Assembly (NCBI GenBank): GCA_964566145.1
Contig: CAZMHN010000002.1
Coordinates: forward strand, 23,522-74,451
DNA: 50,930 nt
Direction of reading: 5' to 3'
Source: an uncultured Gammaproteobacteria bacterium
GTDB lineage: Bacteria; Patescibacteriota; Patescibacteriia; Veblenbacterales; UBA10138
In this document: in pieces, positions 34,433-48,948 of the stretch
How the letters are laid out: each line of letters opens with the position of its first letter
Position numbering within the stretch: the stretch's first letter is position 1
Made by a program: the position numbers and the translations under genes
The notes under the pieces: generated by a model
What the model saw: only the letters and a program-made list of their open reading frames with translations
Databases searched by the model: none
Told to the model about the DNA's origin: nothing

Positions 34433-35935
34433 ATGGCAGCACCATCAGCCAATCCGTTGGTACGAACGCTTGAGCAGGAACTTAAGGGGTTCGAAGCCAA
34501 GATAACCGAAGAGCGCGTCGGCACCGTAGTCGAGGTGGGAGACGGCATAGCCAAGGTCTCCGGCCTCAGGGACTGTTTGTCCGCCGAAATGCTTGAATTC
34601 CCGCACGGCGTCAAGGGCGTGGCTCTGAACCTGGAGGAATCGCAGGTCGGCGTCATGATTCTGGGCGAGTACCATGAGGTGAAGGAAGGCGACACCGTGA
34701 AGTCGACCGGCAAGATACTCTCCGTGCCGGTGGGCAAGGGTGTCATCGGACGCGTGGTGAACGCGCTGGGCGAACCGGTGGACGGCAAGGGCCCGGTCAA
34801 GGCCGACGCCGAGTACCCCGTGGAGCGCATTGCGCCCCGGGTCATCACCAGGCAATCCGTGACCCAGCCTTTGCAGACCGGGGTCAAGGCCATCGACAGC
34901 ATGATACCCATTGGCCGCGGCCAGCGCGAGCTCATCATAGGCGACCGGCAGACCGGCAAAACCGCCGTGGCCGTCGACACCATCATAAACCAGAAGGGGC
35001 AGAACGTGACCTGCATCTACGTAGGCATCGGGCAGAAGGAATCCAAGGTGGCGCGCATCGTAGCCAAACTCGAGGAGGCCGGAGCCATGGCCTACACCAC
35101 GGTCGTGCTGGCAGGCGCTTCGGATCCGGCCGCCATGTCGTTCCTGGCTCCGTACGCCGGATGCGCTATGGGCGAATACTTCATGGACAAGGGCCAAGAC
35201 GTTCTTCTGGTGTACGACGACCTAAGTAAGCACGCCGTAGCGTATCGCGCCGTGTCGCTCCTCTTGAGGCGGCCGCCCGGACGCGAGGCCTACCCCGGCG
35301 ACATTTTCTACCTCCACTCCCGTTTGCTGGAACGGGCCGCCAAGCTGAACAAGGATTACGGCGGGGGCAGCTTGACCGCGCTTCCCATCATTGAAACGCA
35401 GGCCGGCGACGTATCGGCCTACATACCGACTAACGTCATTTCCATTACCGACGGGCAGATATACCTAGAGAGCGATTTGTTCTACCAGGGCATTCGGCCG
35501 GCCTTGAACGTGGGCATCTCGGTGTCGCGCGTTGGTTCCGCCGCCCAGGTGAAAGCCATGAAAAAGGTGGCAGGCAAGCTCAGGCTCGACATGGCCCAAT
35601 ACCGCGAGCTGGCCGCGTTCGCCCAGTTCGGCAGCGACCTGGACGAGGCGACCAAACAGCGCATCGAGCGCGGCCGACGCACCACGGAAGTGCTCAAACA
35701 GGGACAGTACGAGCCCATGAGCGTGGCGCACCAGATAGCCATCCTGTACGCAGTGACGAACGGCTACCTGGATGAGGTGGCGGTGGCGGAAGTGCAGGCG
35801 TGGGAAAAGAAGTTCCATGCGTTCATGGACAAGCAGGCTGTGCTGAATCAGATAGGGGAGAAGCGCGAGCTTACGCCGGAGATAGAGGAAACGCTGAAGC
35901 AGGCCATCAGTGATTTTAAGGCAATGGCAGTTTAG
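34433..35935 (+). CDS. atpA: F1 ATP synthase subunit alpha
   Basis: GDRQTGKT Walker [12 protein letters not shown], and [21 protein letters not shown]. Confidence 0.95.
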   Translation: MAAPSANPLVRTLEQELKGFEAKITEERVGTVVEVGDGIAKVSGLRDCLSAEMLEFPHGVKGVALNLEESQVGVMILGEYHEVKEGDTVKSTGKILSVPVGKGVIGRVVNALGEPVDGKGPVKADAEYPVERIAPRVITRQSVTQPLQTGVKAIDSMIPIGRGQRELIIGDRQTGKTAVAVDTIINQKGQNVTCIYVGIGQKESKVARIVAKLEEAGAMAYTTVVLAGASDPAAMSFLAPYAGCAMGEYFMDKGQDVLLVYDDLSKHAVAYRAVSLLLRRPPGREAYPGDIFYLHSRLLERAAKLNKDYGGGSLTALPIIETQAGDVSAYIPTNVISITDGQIYLESDLFYQGIRPALNVGISVSRVGSAAQVKAMKKVAGKLRLDMAQYRELAAFAQFGSDLDEATKQRIERGRRTTEVLKQGQYEPMSVAHQIAILYAVTNGYLDEVAVAEVQAWEKKFHAFMDKQAVLNQIGEKRELTPEIEETLKQAISDFKAMAV

Positions 35936-35988
35936 CCGTGCAGGTTCATTACGCCCCTCACGAGACCATCTTCTAGGTCACGCATCTT

Positions 35989-36921
35989 ATGCCTCAGGCC
36001 ACACGAGAGATCAAGCGCCGCATACGGTCCATCAAGAACACCCACCAGATAACCAAAGCGATGGAGCTGGTGTCGGCCGCCAAGATGAGAAAAGCGGTGC
36101 AGAACGTGCTGGCGACGCGCGCCTACGGCGACTTGGCTTGGCAGTTGTTGCAGGAGTTGGCCAAACGCACGGACGCTTCGCAGCACCCCTTGCTTGCAAA
36201 ACGGGAAAGCGTGAAACGCGTGGGGCTCATCCTGGTCAGCTCGAACCGCGGCTTGTGCGGCGGGTTCAACCACCAGCTGGTGAACCGCGTGAAAGCGTAT
36301 TTGAAGCACCACCGCGACGTGGAAGTCGAGCTGGAGGCTGACCTCATGGCTGTCGGCCGCCGCGGCCGCGACCTCATGTTCCGTCTGGGAGAGGCCATCG
36401 TGGCCGAATTCACGAAAGCCGACGTCACCACCCGCCTGGAAGAGGTGACGCCCGTGGCCAGGCTGGCCATGGACGACTACCTTTCAGGCAAGTACGACCG
36501 CATCGTCATCGCCTATACCGATTTCATTTCACCCATCACCCAAAAGCCGCGCATCAAACAGCTTCTGCCTTTGGTGGCGGAGCCTGACCCGTATCTGGGC
36601 GAGGCCAGGCTTCCGGGCGCGTTCCAGCGCGATTTGGCGGCCGAAGGCCACCGCTACAACAGCGAGTATTTGTTCGAGCCTTCGCCTGATGAAGTACTGG
36701 AATCCCTGTTGCCGCGCCTCATCGAAATGCAGCTGTACCAGGCCTTGCTGGAGTCGGACGCGGCCGAGCACTCCGCCCGCATGATGGCCATGAGGAACGC
36801 TACCGAAGCGGCCAAAGACATGATAGATTCCCTAACCCTTACCTATAACCAGGCCAGGCAGGCGAGCATCACCACCGAACTTGCCGATATCACTGGCGGC
36901 CGCGTGGCCGTGGAAGCTTAA
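35989..36921 (+). CDS. atpG: F1 ATP synthase subunit gamma
   Basis: IKRRIRSIKNTHQITKAMELVSAAKMRKA and C-terminal ITTELADITGG. Confidence 0.9.
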   Translation: MPQATREIKRRIRSIKNTHQITKAMELVSAAKMRKAVQNVLATRAYGDLAWQLLQELAKRTDASQHPLLAKRESVKRVGLILVSSNRGLCGGFNHQLVNRVKAYLKHHRDVEVELEADLMAVGRRGRDLMFRLGEAIVAEFTKADVTTRLEEVTPVARLAMDDYLSGKYDRIVIAYTDFISPITQKPRIKQLLPLVAEPDPYLGEARLPGAFQRDLAAEGHRYNSEYLFEPSPDEVLESLLPRLIEMQLYQALLESDAAEHSARMMAMRNATEAAKDMIDSLTLTYNQARQASITTELADITGGRVAVEA

Positions 36922-38313
<1,392 letters not shown>

Positions 38314-38322
38314 TTTTGTTCC

Positions 38323-38769
38323 ATGCCTAAGAACATCTACTTCCAAATAGCCACACCTGAGCGCATCGTGTTCGAGGCGCCCGCGGCCGAACAGGTGACC
38401 CTGCCTACGACCATGGGGCAGATTACGGTGCTGCCGGACCACTTGCCCCTCGTGGCCACCCTGATCCCGGGCGAGCTTTGGGTGAAGGTGGGCGGGGAAG
38501 AGGTGTCCATGGCGGTTTCCGGCGGTTTCATCGAGGTAGGCGAGGGCAGGGTGGTGGTGCTGGCAGATACGGCGGAGCGCGCCGAGGAGCTGGACGAGAA
38601 GCGGGCCGATGAGGCCCGGGCCAGGGCCCACGAGCTCATGCAACAGCAACGTACGGCGGAAAGCACGGATTACGCCGCGCTGGCCGCCAAGCTCGAAAAG
38701 GAGCTAGCCCGTCTGCACGTGGCACGGAAGCACCGCGACCGACAACGCCCAGGCATACGGGTGGAATAA
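38323..38769 (+). CDS. atpC: F1 ATP synthase subunit epsilon
   Basis: Beta-sandwich N-terminus (TPERIVFEAPAAEQVTLPTTMGQITVLPDHLPL) followed by a helical tail. Last gene of the operon. Confidence 0.85.
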   Translation: MPKNIYFQIATPERIVFEAPAAEQVTLPTTMGQITVLPDHLPLVATLIPGELWVKVGGEEVSMAVSGGFIEVGEGRVVVLADTAERAEELDEKRADEARARAHELMQQQRTAESTDYAALAAKLEKELARLHVARKHRDRQRPGIRVE

Positions 38770-38827
38770 GTCAGGCTTTTGATGTTTGGATTATTTTTTA
38801 TACACAAACACCTAAACACACATAACC

Positions 38828-39589
38828 ATGAGTGAACATATGGAACATACACATAACAGTGAAGCTGAGCGACTTTGGCGCGACCAAGAACCGATGCTTA
38901 CGCGCATGCGGGAGATGGGTCCGGATGAATATTTCGCCAGCCTGAAGCTGGACGAGGCGTTCGAACTTAAGGATCACAGCCTGCGTTGCATGGATGAGGG
39001 CACCCCAGGCGGCATACACATGGCTGGTTCAGGCATTCTGGATAAGCGTGCTGCTACCGAGCTCGTACGCCGAGCCGGCGTTACCGGCATCTCTAGTCAT
39101 GCTGGGTGCGGCGCCGCGGCCCTTTTCGCCCGCAGGGAGGGACTGGATCCAAGCAAGGCTGATGAATACGGCATTGTCTGGGCCAAGGAGTTGGCCGATG
39201 ATGCGGGAGTGCCGTACGTCGGTCATATCGGCTCTGAATCCATGGCTCGTCCAGCCGAACTACATATAGCCCGCGTGGCGTATTTCGACGGCACGGGGCA
39301 ATTTGATCCGTCTCAGGTGAAGGATCTACCGTCAGGTTTTGTCATCAGTCGCAAATTCATGGAGGCGCCCTACGCCAAGCAGGAAGCTGACATTGCAGTT
39401 TCCATTGCACTGGGCGAGCATGGATTCGGCGACAGACTGACTGAGGAATCTCCGTTCTACCTGGTGGCGGTAGGCGACGGCCGCCCAGGCGGCTTGTCCA
39501 GGGAAGCGCTGGAACAGGAGTTTCAGGATATAGTTCAGCGGTCAGGCGGCCGAGTTGTAGGCTCTGGTTTCACAGCGACACCTAAGTAA
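38828..39589 (+). CDS. cytoplasmic hypothetical protein (253 aa) with CxD...HxxCG Cys/His motif
   Basis: No signal peptide or TM helix. Motifs RCMDEG (C54, D56) and SSHAGCGAA (H91, C94). It has its own terminator at 39608-39640. Confidence 0.6.
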   Translation: MSEHMEHTHNSEAERLWRDQEPMLTRMREMGPDEYFASLKLDEAFELKDHSLRCMDEGTPGGIHMAGSGILDKRAATELVRRAGVTGISSHAGCGAAALFARREGLDPSKADEYGIVWAKELADDAGVPYVGHIGSESMARPAELHIARVAYFDGTGQFDPSQVKDLPSGFVISRKFMEAPYAKQEADIAVSIALGEHGFGDRLTEESPFYLVAVGDGRPGGLSREALEQEFQDIVQRSGGRVVGSGFTATPK

Positions 39590-39607
39590 ACGCGCGGCAG
39601 TTTTGTG

Positions 39608-39640
39608 GCGGGGTCAAGTAATTTGGCCCCGCTTTTGTTG
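39608..39640 (+). terminator. rho-independent terminator
   Basis: GCGGGG (39608-39613) pairs with CCCCGC (39627-39632), followed by TTTTGTTG. Confidence 0.55.
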
Positions 39641-39672
39641 TCAGTCGGAAGGGCGTGCTACACTTGGCTCAT

Positions 39673-42657
39673 ATGGCGGCCAAGGCAGGGGTAGACCTGT
39701 TGAAGGATCTGAACGGCGAACAGCAGGCGGCGGTGACCCACGGGGGCGGCCCGCTCTTGATCGTGGCCGGCGCGGGAACCGGCAAGACCACGGCCATCAC
39801 GCGCCGCGTCGCCTGGCTCATCCAGGAAGGCCTGGCACAACCGGAGGAGATACTGGCCCTTACGTTCACGGACAAGGCCGCTCTTGAGATGGAGGAGCGG
39901 GTGGACAGGCTCCTCCCCATGGGTTACGTGAACGTGTGGGTGTCCACATTCCACGCCTTTGGCGAGCGCGTACTGCAGGATTGGGGCCTGGAGATAGGCG
40001 TACCCAATAATTTCAGGCTTTTGACCCAAGCCGAGCAGTGGATGCTCGTGCGCCGTAACCTGGACAGGTTCAAGCTTGATTACTACAGGCCGCTTGGCAA
40101 CCCGACGCGGTTCATCCATGCCCTCATCCAGCATTTTTCGCGCGCCAAGGACGAAGAGGCGTTCCCGGAAGATTACCTCAGGCTGTCTGACAACAAGCGC
40201 CTGGATACCGGCGCGACCGAGTACCTAAAAAAAGGCAAGCGCAAGAAAAAGACGAAAGCTGACGAGGGGGCATCGGCCGACGAACAGGAAAGCCAAAGGC
40301 TCAGCGAGGTAGCTGAAGCATACAAAACGTATCAGGAGCTCTTGCACGAGCAGGGTGTGTTGGATTTCGGCGACCTCATCAACTACACGCTGAAACTGTT
40401 CCGCACGAGGCCAAAGGTGCTTTCGTACTACCAAAAGAAGTTCAAGTACATCCTGGTGGACGAGTTCCAGGACACGAACTATGCGCAGTACGAGCTTCTG
40501 AAACTTTTGGCCAGATCATCGAACAACATAACGGTTGTGGGGGATGACGACCAATCCGTCTACAAATTCCGCGGCGCTTCCATTTCGAACATCTTAGAAT
40601 TCAAACAGGATTACCCGGAAGCCAAGGAAGTGTTCCTGACCCGGAACTACCGAAGCTATCAGAACATACTGGATACGGCGTATGAATTCATACAACTGAA
40701 CAATCCGTACCGTCTGGAGGTGAAATTGGCCAAGAAAGGCAAGAGCTTGTCAAAGAAGCTGGTAGCGGAGCGGAAAGGCCAGGGCGAGGTCGCCTACCTC
40801 CCGTTCGCCACGGGCCAGGACGAAGCCGAAGGGGTGGTAGCGAAAATCGTGGAACTGCAAAAGAGGACCAAGGCGGCATGGAACGAGTTCGCCATTCTGG
40901 TGCGGGCCAATGCGCAGGCACAGCTGTTCATACAGGCCCTGCGGCGCGCACAGCTGCCGTACACCTACGTGGCGAACCGCGGGCTCTACAGTGAGGGCAT
41001 AGTCGTGTTTGTTACGAGCTATCTCAAGCTGTTGGACAACTATCACGAGTCAGAAGCTCTGTACCGCGTGCTCATGAGCGAACCGTTTTCTCTGCCGCAT
41101 GAGGATATGTCAAAGCTGGCGTACCACGCGAAGAAATACACTATGTCTTTGTATGAGGCCGCTAAAACAGCCAGCGCCCTGGGGCTTTCTGAGGATGGGA
41201 TAAAAGCGGTAACCAAACTGCTTGAGCTTATAGCCAAACACACGGCATATGTGCGTGAACACAGTGCGGCCGAAGTGTACGTGACCGCGGTGAACGACTT
41301 AGGCATGAACGAGCGGCTACAGCACCCGGCGGCCGCGCGCGAAGCGCAGCTCCTCACCGCCTTTTACCACCGCATCGTGCGTTACGAGGCCGATACGGAA
41401 GACAGTTCTTTGGCCGGATTCCTGCACTACCTGTCGCTGGAGCAGGAGTCGGGCGAGGAGGGGGAGCTCCCGACCGACGCCGAGGAAGGCCCTGAAACAG
41501 TGAAGGTAATTACGGTCCACTCGGCCAAGGGTTTGGAGTGGCGGTACGTGTTCCTGGTTCAGCTTGTGGACAGGCGTTTCCCTTCGGTCGAACGCAGAGA
41601 GCCCATTGAGCTACCTGCGGAGCTTGTGAAGGAGATACTGCCGGAAGGGGACGTGCACCTGCAGGAAGAGCGCCGGCTGTTCTACGTCGGTCTGACGCGC
41701 GCACGCGACGGATTATTCCTCACCCGCGCCTCGGACTACTTCGGCAAGACCACGAAGCGGCCGTCCCGGTTCCTGCTGGAGCTGGGGCTGGTGAGCGAGG
41801 AAGAGGCGAACGCTAAATCCGCCAAACTAGCCCCGCCGCAGTCCGCCGCCAGACAAGCTCCGTCGCGTTTTGCCGTACCTGAAAGCTTTTCCTTCAGCTC
41901 CATTTCTTCGTTCAAGAAGTGTCCTTTGGAGTACAAGTACCGCCACCTATTGAAGCTGCCCCAGCCCGGCGCCGCTCAGCTGTCGTTCGGGAATACCATG
42001 CACAAGACGTTCGAACTTTTTCTGAAACTGTGGCAACAGCGTTCGGGCGCTCTTCAGGCAGACTTGTTCGGCGGCAAAGGGGGAGCGGCCAAAACCCCTT
42101 CGTTCGAGGAGCTTAAGAAGTTCTACGAAGAGGCGTGGGTGGACGAGTGGTATGAGAATAAACAACAGAAGCAGGAGTACCGCGATAAGCGGGGCCCGGA
42201 ACAGCTTAAGAACTTCTATGAGGTAGTGTCGGCCGAGCCGCCCAAAGTGAAATACTTGGAGCAGTTCTTCAAGATAGCCCTGGGACCGTACAAATTCGTA
42301 GGCAAGGTGGATCGCATGGACGACACGGGCCAAGGCGTGGCCATTATTGACTACAAGACAGGTGAAGAACCTGCCAGAGGCCTGGAAAAGGTAGACCGCG
42401 ATCAGCTTACCATATATCAGATGGCGGCCGAGGAGTTTTTCCGGGAAAAGGTGTCGAGCGCCAAGTACTGGTACCTGAAGCCGAACAGCTTCTCTCCCGA
42501 TTTCACTGCGACCAGGGAGCAGGAGAAAGAATTGAAGCAGGAGTACGAAGCCGTCATCCAGGATATCGTCCATACGGTGCAAAACGATTCGTTCGTCGAA
42601 GCTGATGAGTCTGCGCCTAAGCATGAGTGCCGGTACAGGAAACTAGGGCTTACCTAA
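39673..42657 (+). CDS. UvrD/PcrA-type SF1 helicase fused to a C-terminal PD-(D/E)XK (RecB/AddA-like) nuclease domain
   Basis: LNGEQQAAV, AGAGTGKT, VDEFQDTN, GDDDQSVYKFRGA, TVHSAKGLEW and YVGLTRAR. The C-terminal nuclease motifs are GKVDRMD, IIDYKTG and QLTIYQ. ATG 39673 lies inside ORF 39655-42657. Confidence 0.85.
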   Translation: MAAKAGVDLLKDLNGEQQAAVTHGGGPLLIVAGAGTGKTTAITRRVAWLIQEGLAQPEEILALTFTDKAALEMEERVDRLLPMGYVNVWVSTFHAFGERVLQDWGLEIGVPNNFRLLTQAEQWMLVRRNLDRFKLDYYRPLGNPTRFIHALIQHFSRAKDEEAFPEDYLRLSDNKRLDTGATEYLKKGKRKKKTKADEGASADEQESQRLSEVAEAYKTYQELLHEQGVLDFGDLINYTLKLFRTRPKVLSYYQKKFKYILVDEFQDTNYAQYELLKLLARSSNNITVVGDDDQSVYKFRGASISNILEFKQDYPEAKEVFLTRNYRSYQNILDTAYEFIQLNNPYRLEVKLAKKGKSLSKKLVAERKGQGEVAYLPFATGQDEAEGVVAKIVELQKRTKAAWNEFAILVRANAQAQLFIQALRRAQLPYTYVANRGLYSEGIVVFVTSYLKLLDNYHESEALYRVLMSEPFSLPHEDMSKLAYHAKKYTMSLYEAAKTASALGLSEDGIKAVTKLLELIAKHTAYVREHSAAEVYVTAVNDLGMNERLQHPAAAREAQLLTAFYHRIVRYEADTEDSSLAGFLHYLSLEQESGEEGELPTDAEEGPETVKVITVHSAKGLEWRYVFLVQLVDRRFPSVERREPIELPAELVKEILPEGDVHLQEERRLFYVGLTRARDGLFLTRASDYFGKTTKRPSRFLLELGLVSEEEANAKSAKLAPPQSAARQAPSRFAVPESFSFSSISSFKKCPLEYKYRHLLKLPQPGAAQLSFGNTMHKTFELFLKLWQQRSGALQADLFGGKGGAAKTPSFEELKKFYEEAWVDEWYENKQQKQEYRDKRGPEQLKNFYEVVSAEPPKVKYLEQFFKIALGPYKFVGKVDRMDDTGQGVAIIDYKTGEEPARGLEKVDRDQLTIYQMAAEEFFREKVSSAKYWYLKPNSFSPDFTATREQEKELKQEYEAVIQDIVHTVQNDSFVEADESAPKHECRYRKLGLT

Positions 42658-42659
42658 AT

Positions 42660-42950
42660 ATGTTTCACGACCTAAAAGATGTGCTTCGGAGGCGCCTGGG
42701 GCAACAGGGCATAGGCAGGGCTGTGGAGGCGGCGCAGGTAACAGAAGCATTCCGTGAGGCGGTCAAAGAGCTCATGGGCGAGCGGGCCGCGCGTGAGCTT
42801 AGGAAGGTCGCCCTGCGTGAAGATACCCTGGAGGTACTGGCTGGTTCCGGGGCCTTGGCAAGCGAACTTAGGATGCGCGAGAACGATATTCGGGGTAAGC
42901 TCAAGACAAGGCTTGGGAAACAGGAGTACACAATGCGGATTTTTGGCTAA
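42660..42950 (+). CDS. DUF721 (DciA-like) protein
   Basis: 96 aa, with LGQQGIGRAVEAAQVTEAFREAV...LEVLAGSGALASELRMRENDI, typical of the DUF721 family. ATG 42660 lies 2 nt after the helicase stop. Confidence 0.6.
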   Translation: MFHDLKDVLRRRLGQQGIGRAVEAAQVTEAFREAVKELMGERAARELRKVALREDTLEVLAGSGALASELRMRENDIRGKLKTRLGKQEYTMRIFG

Positions 42951-43025
42951 AGTTAGCCATGAAAAAACCGTGAGCAAGGGTCATTTCAGGTCTTGTGGAA
43001 AGGCCTGAAAACTGCTAAAATATAA

Positions 43026-43053
43026 GCGGCTAAGAAGCCGTAGTTTTCCTTTT
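43026..43053 (+). terminator. candidate rho-independent terminator
   Basis: GCGGCT-AAGA-AGCCGT stem-loop (one G-U pair) followed by AGTTTTCCTTTT. Confidence 0.4.
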
Positions 43054-43066
43054 AGGTAAGCGCAAA

Positions 43067-43456
43067 ATGACCCTTAGGCAGTACCTTACTTGGATAGGCT
43101 TTGGCACGCTGGTGGCGTGGGGCGTTTTTGCATTGGTTGTGCTGTATCTTAACCCGGACACTGCCGGAACCCTCGGGTTCGTATTCTTTTACCTGTCGCT
43201 GTTCTTAGGTCTTGCCGGCACACTTACCTTGTTAGGCTTTGTCTGGCGCTACGTAAAACATCGCGACGACCTGCTTTTCCGGCATGTCACCATCTCGTTC
43301 CGACAAGGAGTGCTTCTTGGGGTGCTCGTGACCGGCGCGCTGTTTCTGCAGTCGCAGGAGCTTCTAACCTGGTGGAACCTGGTGCTCCTGGTAGTCGGCA
43401 TCACGCTTCTGGAGCTGTTCCTTTTGACGTCGCGGCGCATGCCGCCTGAGGTATGA
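43067..43456 (+). CDS. polytopic membrane protein (129 aa)
   Basis: Four predicted TM helices. Its stop overlaps the pheS start (ATGA). Confidence 0.55.
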   Translation: MTLRQYLTWIGFGTLVAWGVFALVVLYLNPDTAGTLGFVFFYLSLFLGLAGTLTLLGFVWRYVKHRDDLLFRHVTISFRQGVLLGVLVTGALFLQSQELLTWWNLVLLVVGITLLELFLLTSRRMPPEV

Positions 43457-44481
43457 GATCGTCGCTTGAATCAGAACTGAAGAAGCTGGGCGTTGCTGTG
43501 CGTAAGGAGCTTGTGGAAATGGCCAATTCCTCGCAGCTCGAAGAACTGCGTGTGAAGTATTTGGGCAGGAAGGGCGAGCTGGCGCGGCTCATGAAAGCTG
43601 TGGCCGAGGTGGCCGAAGCCGAGCGTCCTGCGTTCGGCAAGTTGGCCAACCAGGTGAAGGACGAAGTTGAACAGGCATTCCATGACGTAAAACGAAAGCT
43701 GGCTGATACGAGTGCGGCGTCGTTCGACGTTACGCTTCCGGGCATTCGTCCGGCGCGTGGACACCTTCACCCGGTATCAATCGTTCAGCGCGAGCTGGAG
43801 GAACTGTTCAGGTCCATGGGCTTCATGGTGCTGGACGGGCCGGAACTGGAAAGCGAATTCTACAACTTTGAATCACTAAATATACCTGCGTGGCACCCGG
43901 CGCGCGATACCCAGGACACGTTCTATTTGAAAGGCGGCACTCCGGACAATCGTTGGCTTTTGCGCACACACACCTCGGCCATGCAGGTACGCGCCCTGAA
44001 GGAGTACGGAGCGCCCATTCGCGCCGTGGTGCCCGGACGCGTATTCCGCTACGAAGCGACCGACGCTTCGCACGAAACCACGTTCTGGCAAATGGAAGGC
44101 TTGGTGGTGGACAAGGACATTTCCATTTCCCATCTCATAGCCACTATGAAGGCCCTGCTTTCCGGCATATTCCGCCGCGAGGTTGAGGTCAGGCTCAGGC
44201 CCGGGTACTTCCCGTTCGTCGAGCCGGGATTCGAGCTCGACATCAAGTGTCTGGTGTGCGGCGGGAAAGGCTGCGGCGTGTGCAAACAGAATGGCTGGGT
44301 TGAGCTTTTGCCCTGCGGCCTGGTACACCCCAAGGTATTGGAATACGGCGGGGTGGATCCCAAGGAATACAGCGGCTTTGCTTTTGGTTTGGGGCTTTCC
44401 AGGCTGGTCATGATGCGGTACAAGATAGACGACATCCGCCTGTTGCTTGGCGGCGACATGAGGTTTTTGGAGCAGTTCTAG
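43453..44481 (+). CDS. pheS: phenylalanine--tRNA ligase alpha subunit
   Basis: HPARDTQDTFY, LLRTHTS, RPGYFPFVEPG, and AFGLGLSRL. Confidence 0.9.
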   Translation: MRSSLESELKKLGVAVRKELVEMANSSQLEELRVKYLGRKGELARLMKAVAEVAEAERPAFGKLANQVKDEVEQAFHDVKRKLADTSAASFDVTLPGIRPARGHLHPVSIVQRELEELFRSMGFMVLDGPELESEFYNFESLNIPAWHPARDTQDTFYLKGGTPDNRWLLRTHTSAMQVRALKEYGAPIRAVVPGRVFRYEATDASHETTFWQMEGLVVDKDISISHLIATMKALLSGIFRREVEVRLRPGYFPFVEPGFELDIKCLVCGGKGCGVCKQNGWVELLPCGLVHPKVLEYGGVDPKEYSGFAFGLGLSRLVMMRYKIDDIRLLLGGDMRFLEQF

Positions 44482-44483
44482 GT

Positions 44484-48814
<4,331 letters not shown>

Positions 48815-48948
48815 TTCATTCACGCGAGTCCGCCTGGTTTGCGGCAGGTCTTTTTGTGTTGGACTTTTTCCTTTCGATGCGGTATACCTCCGGTACGAGA
48901 ACAGAATAATAGTTCATTAACATAAACCAAGAAGGAGGTGGCGTGCTG

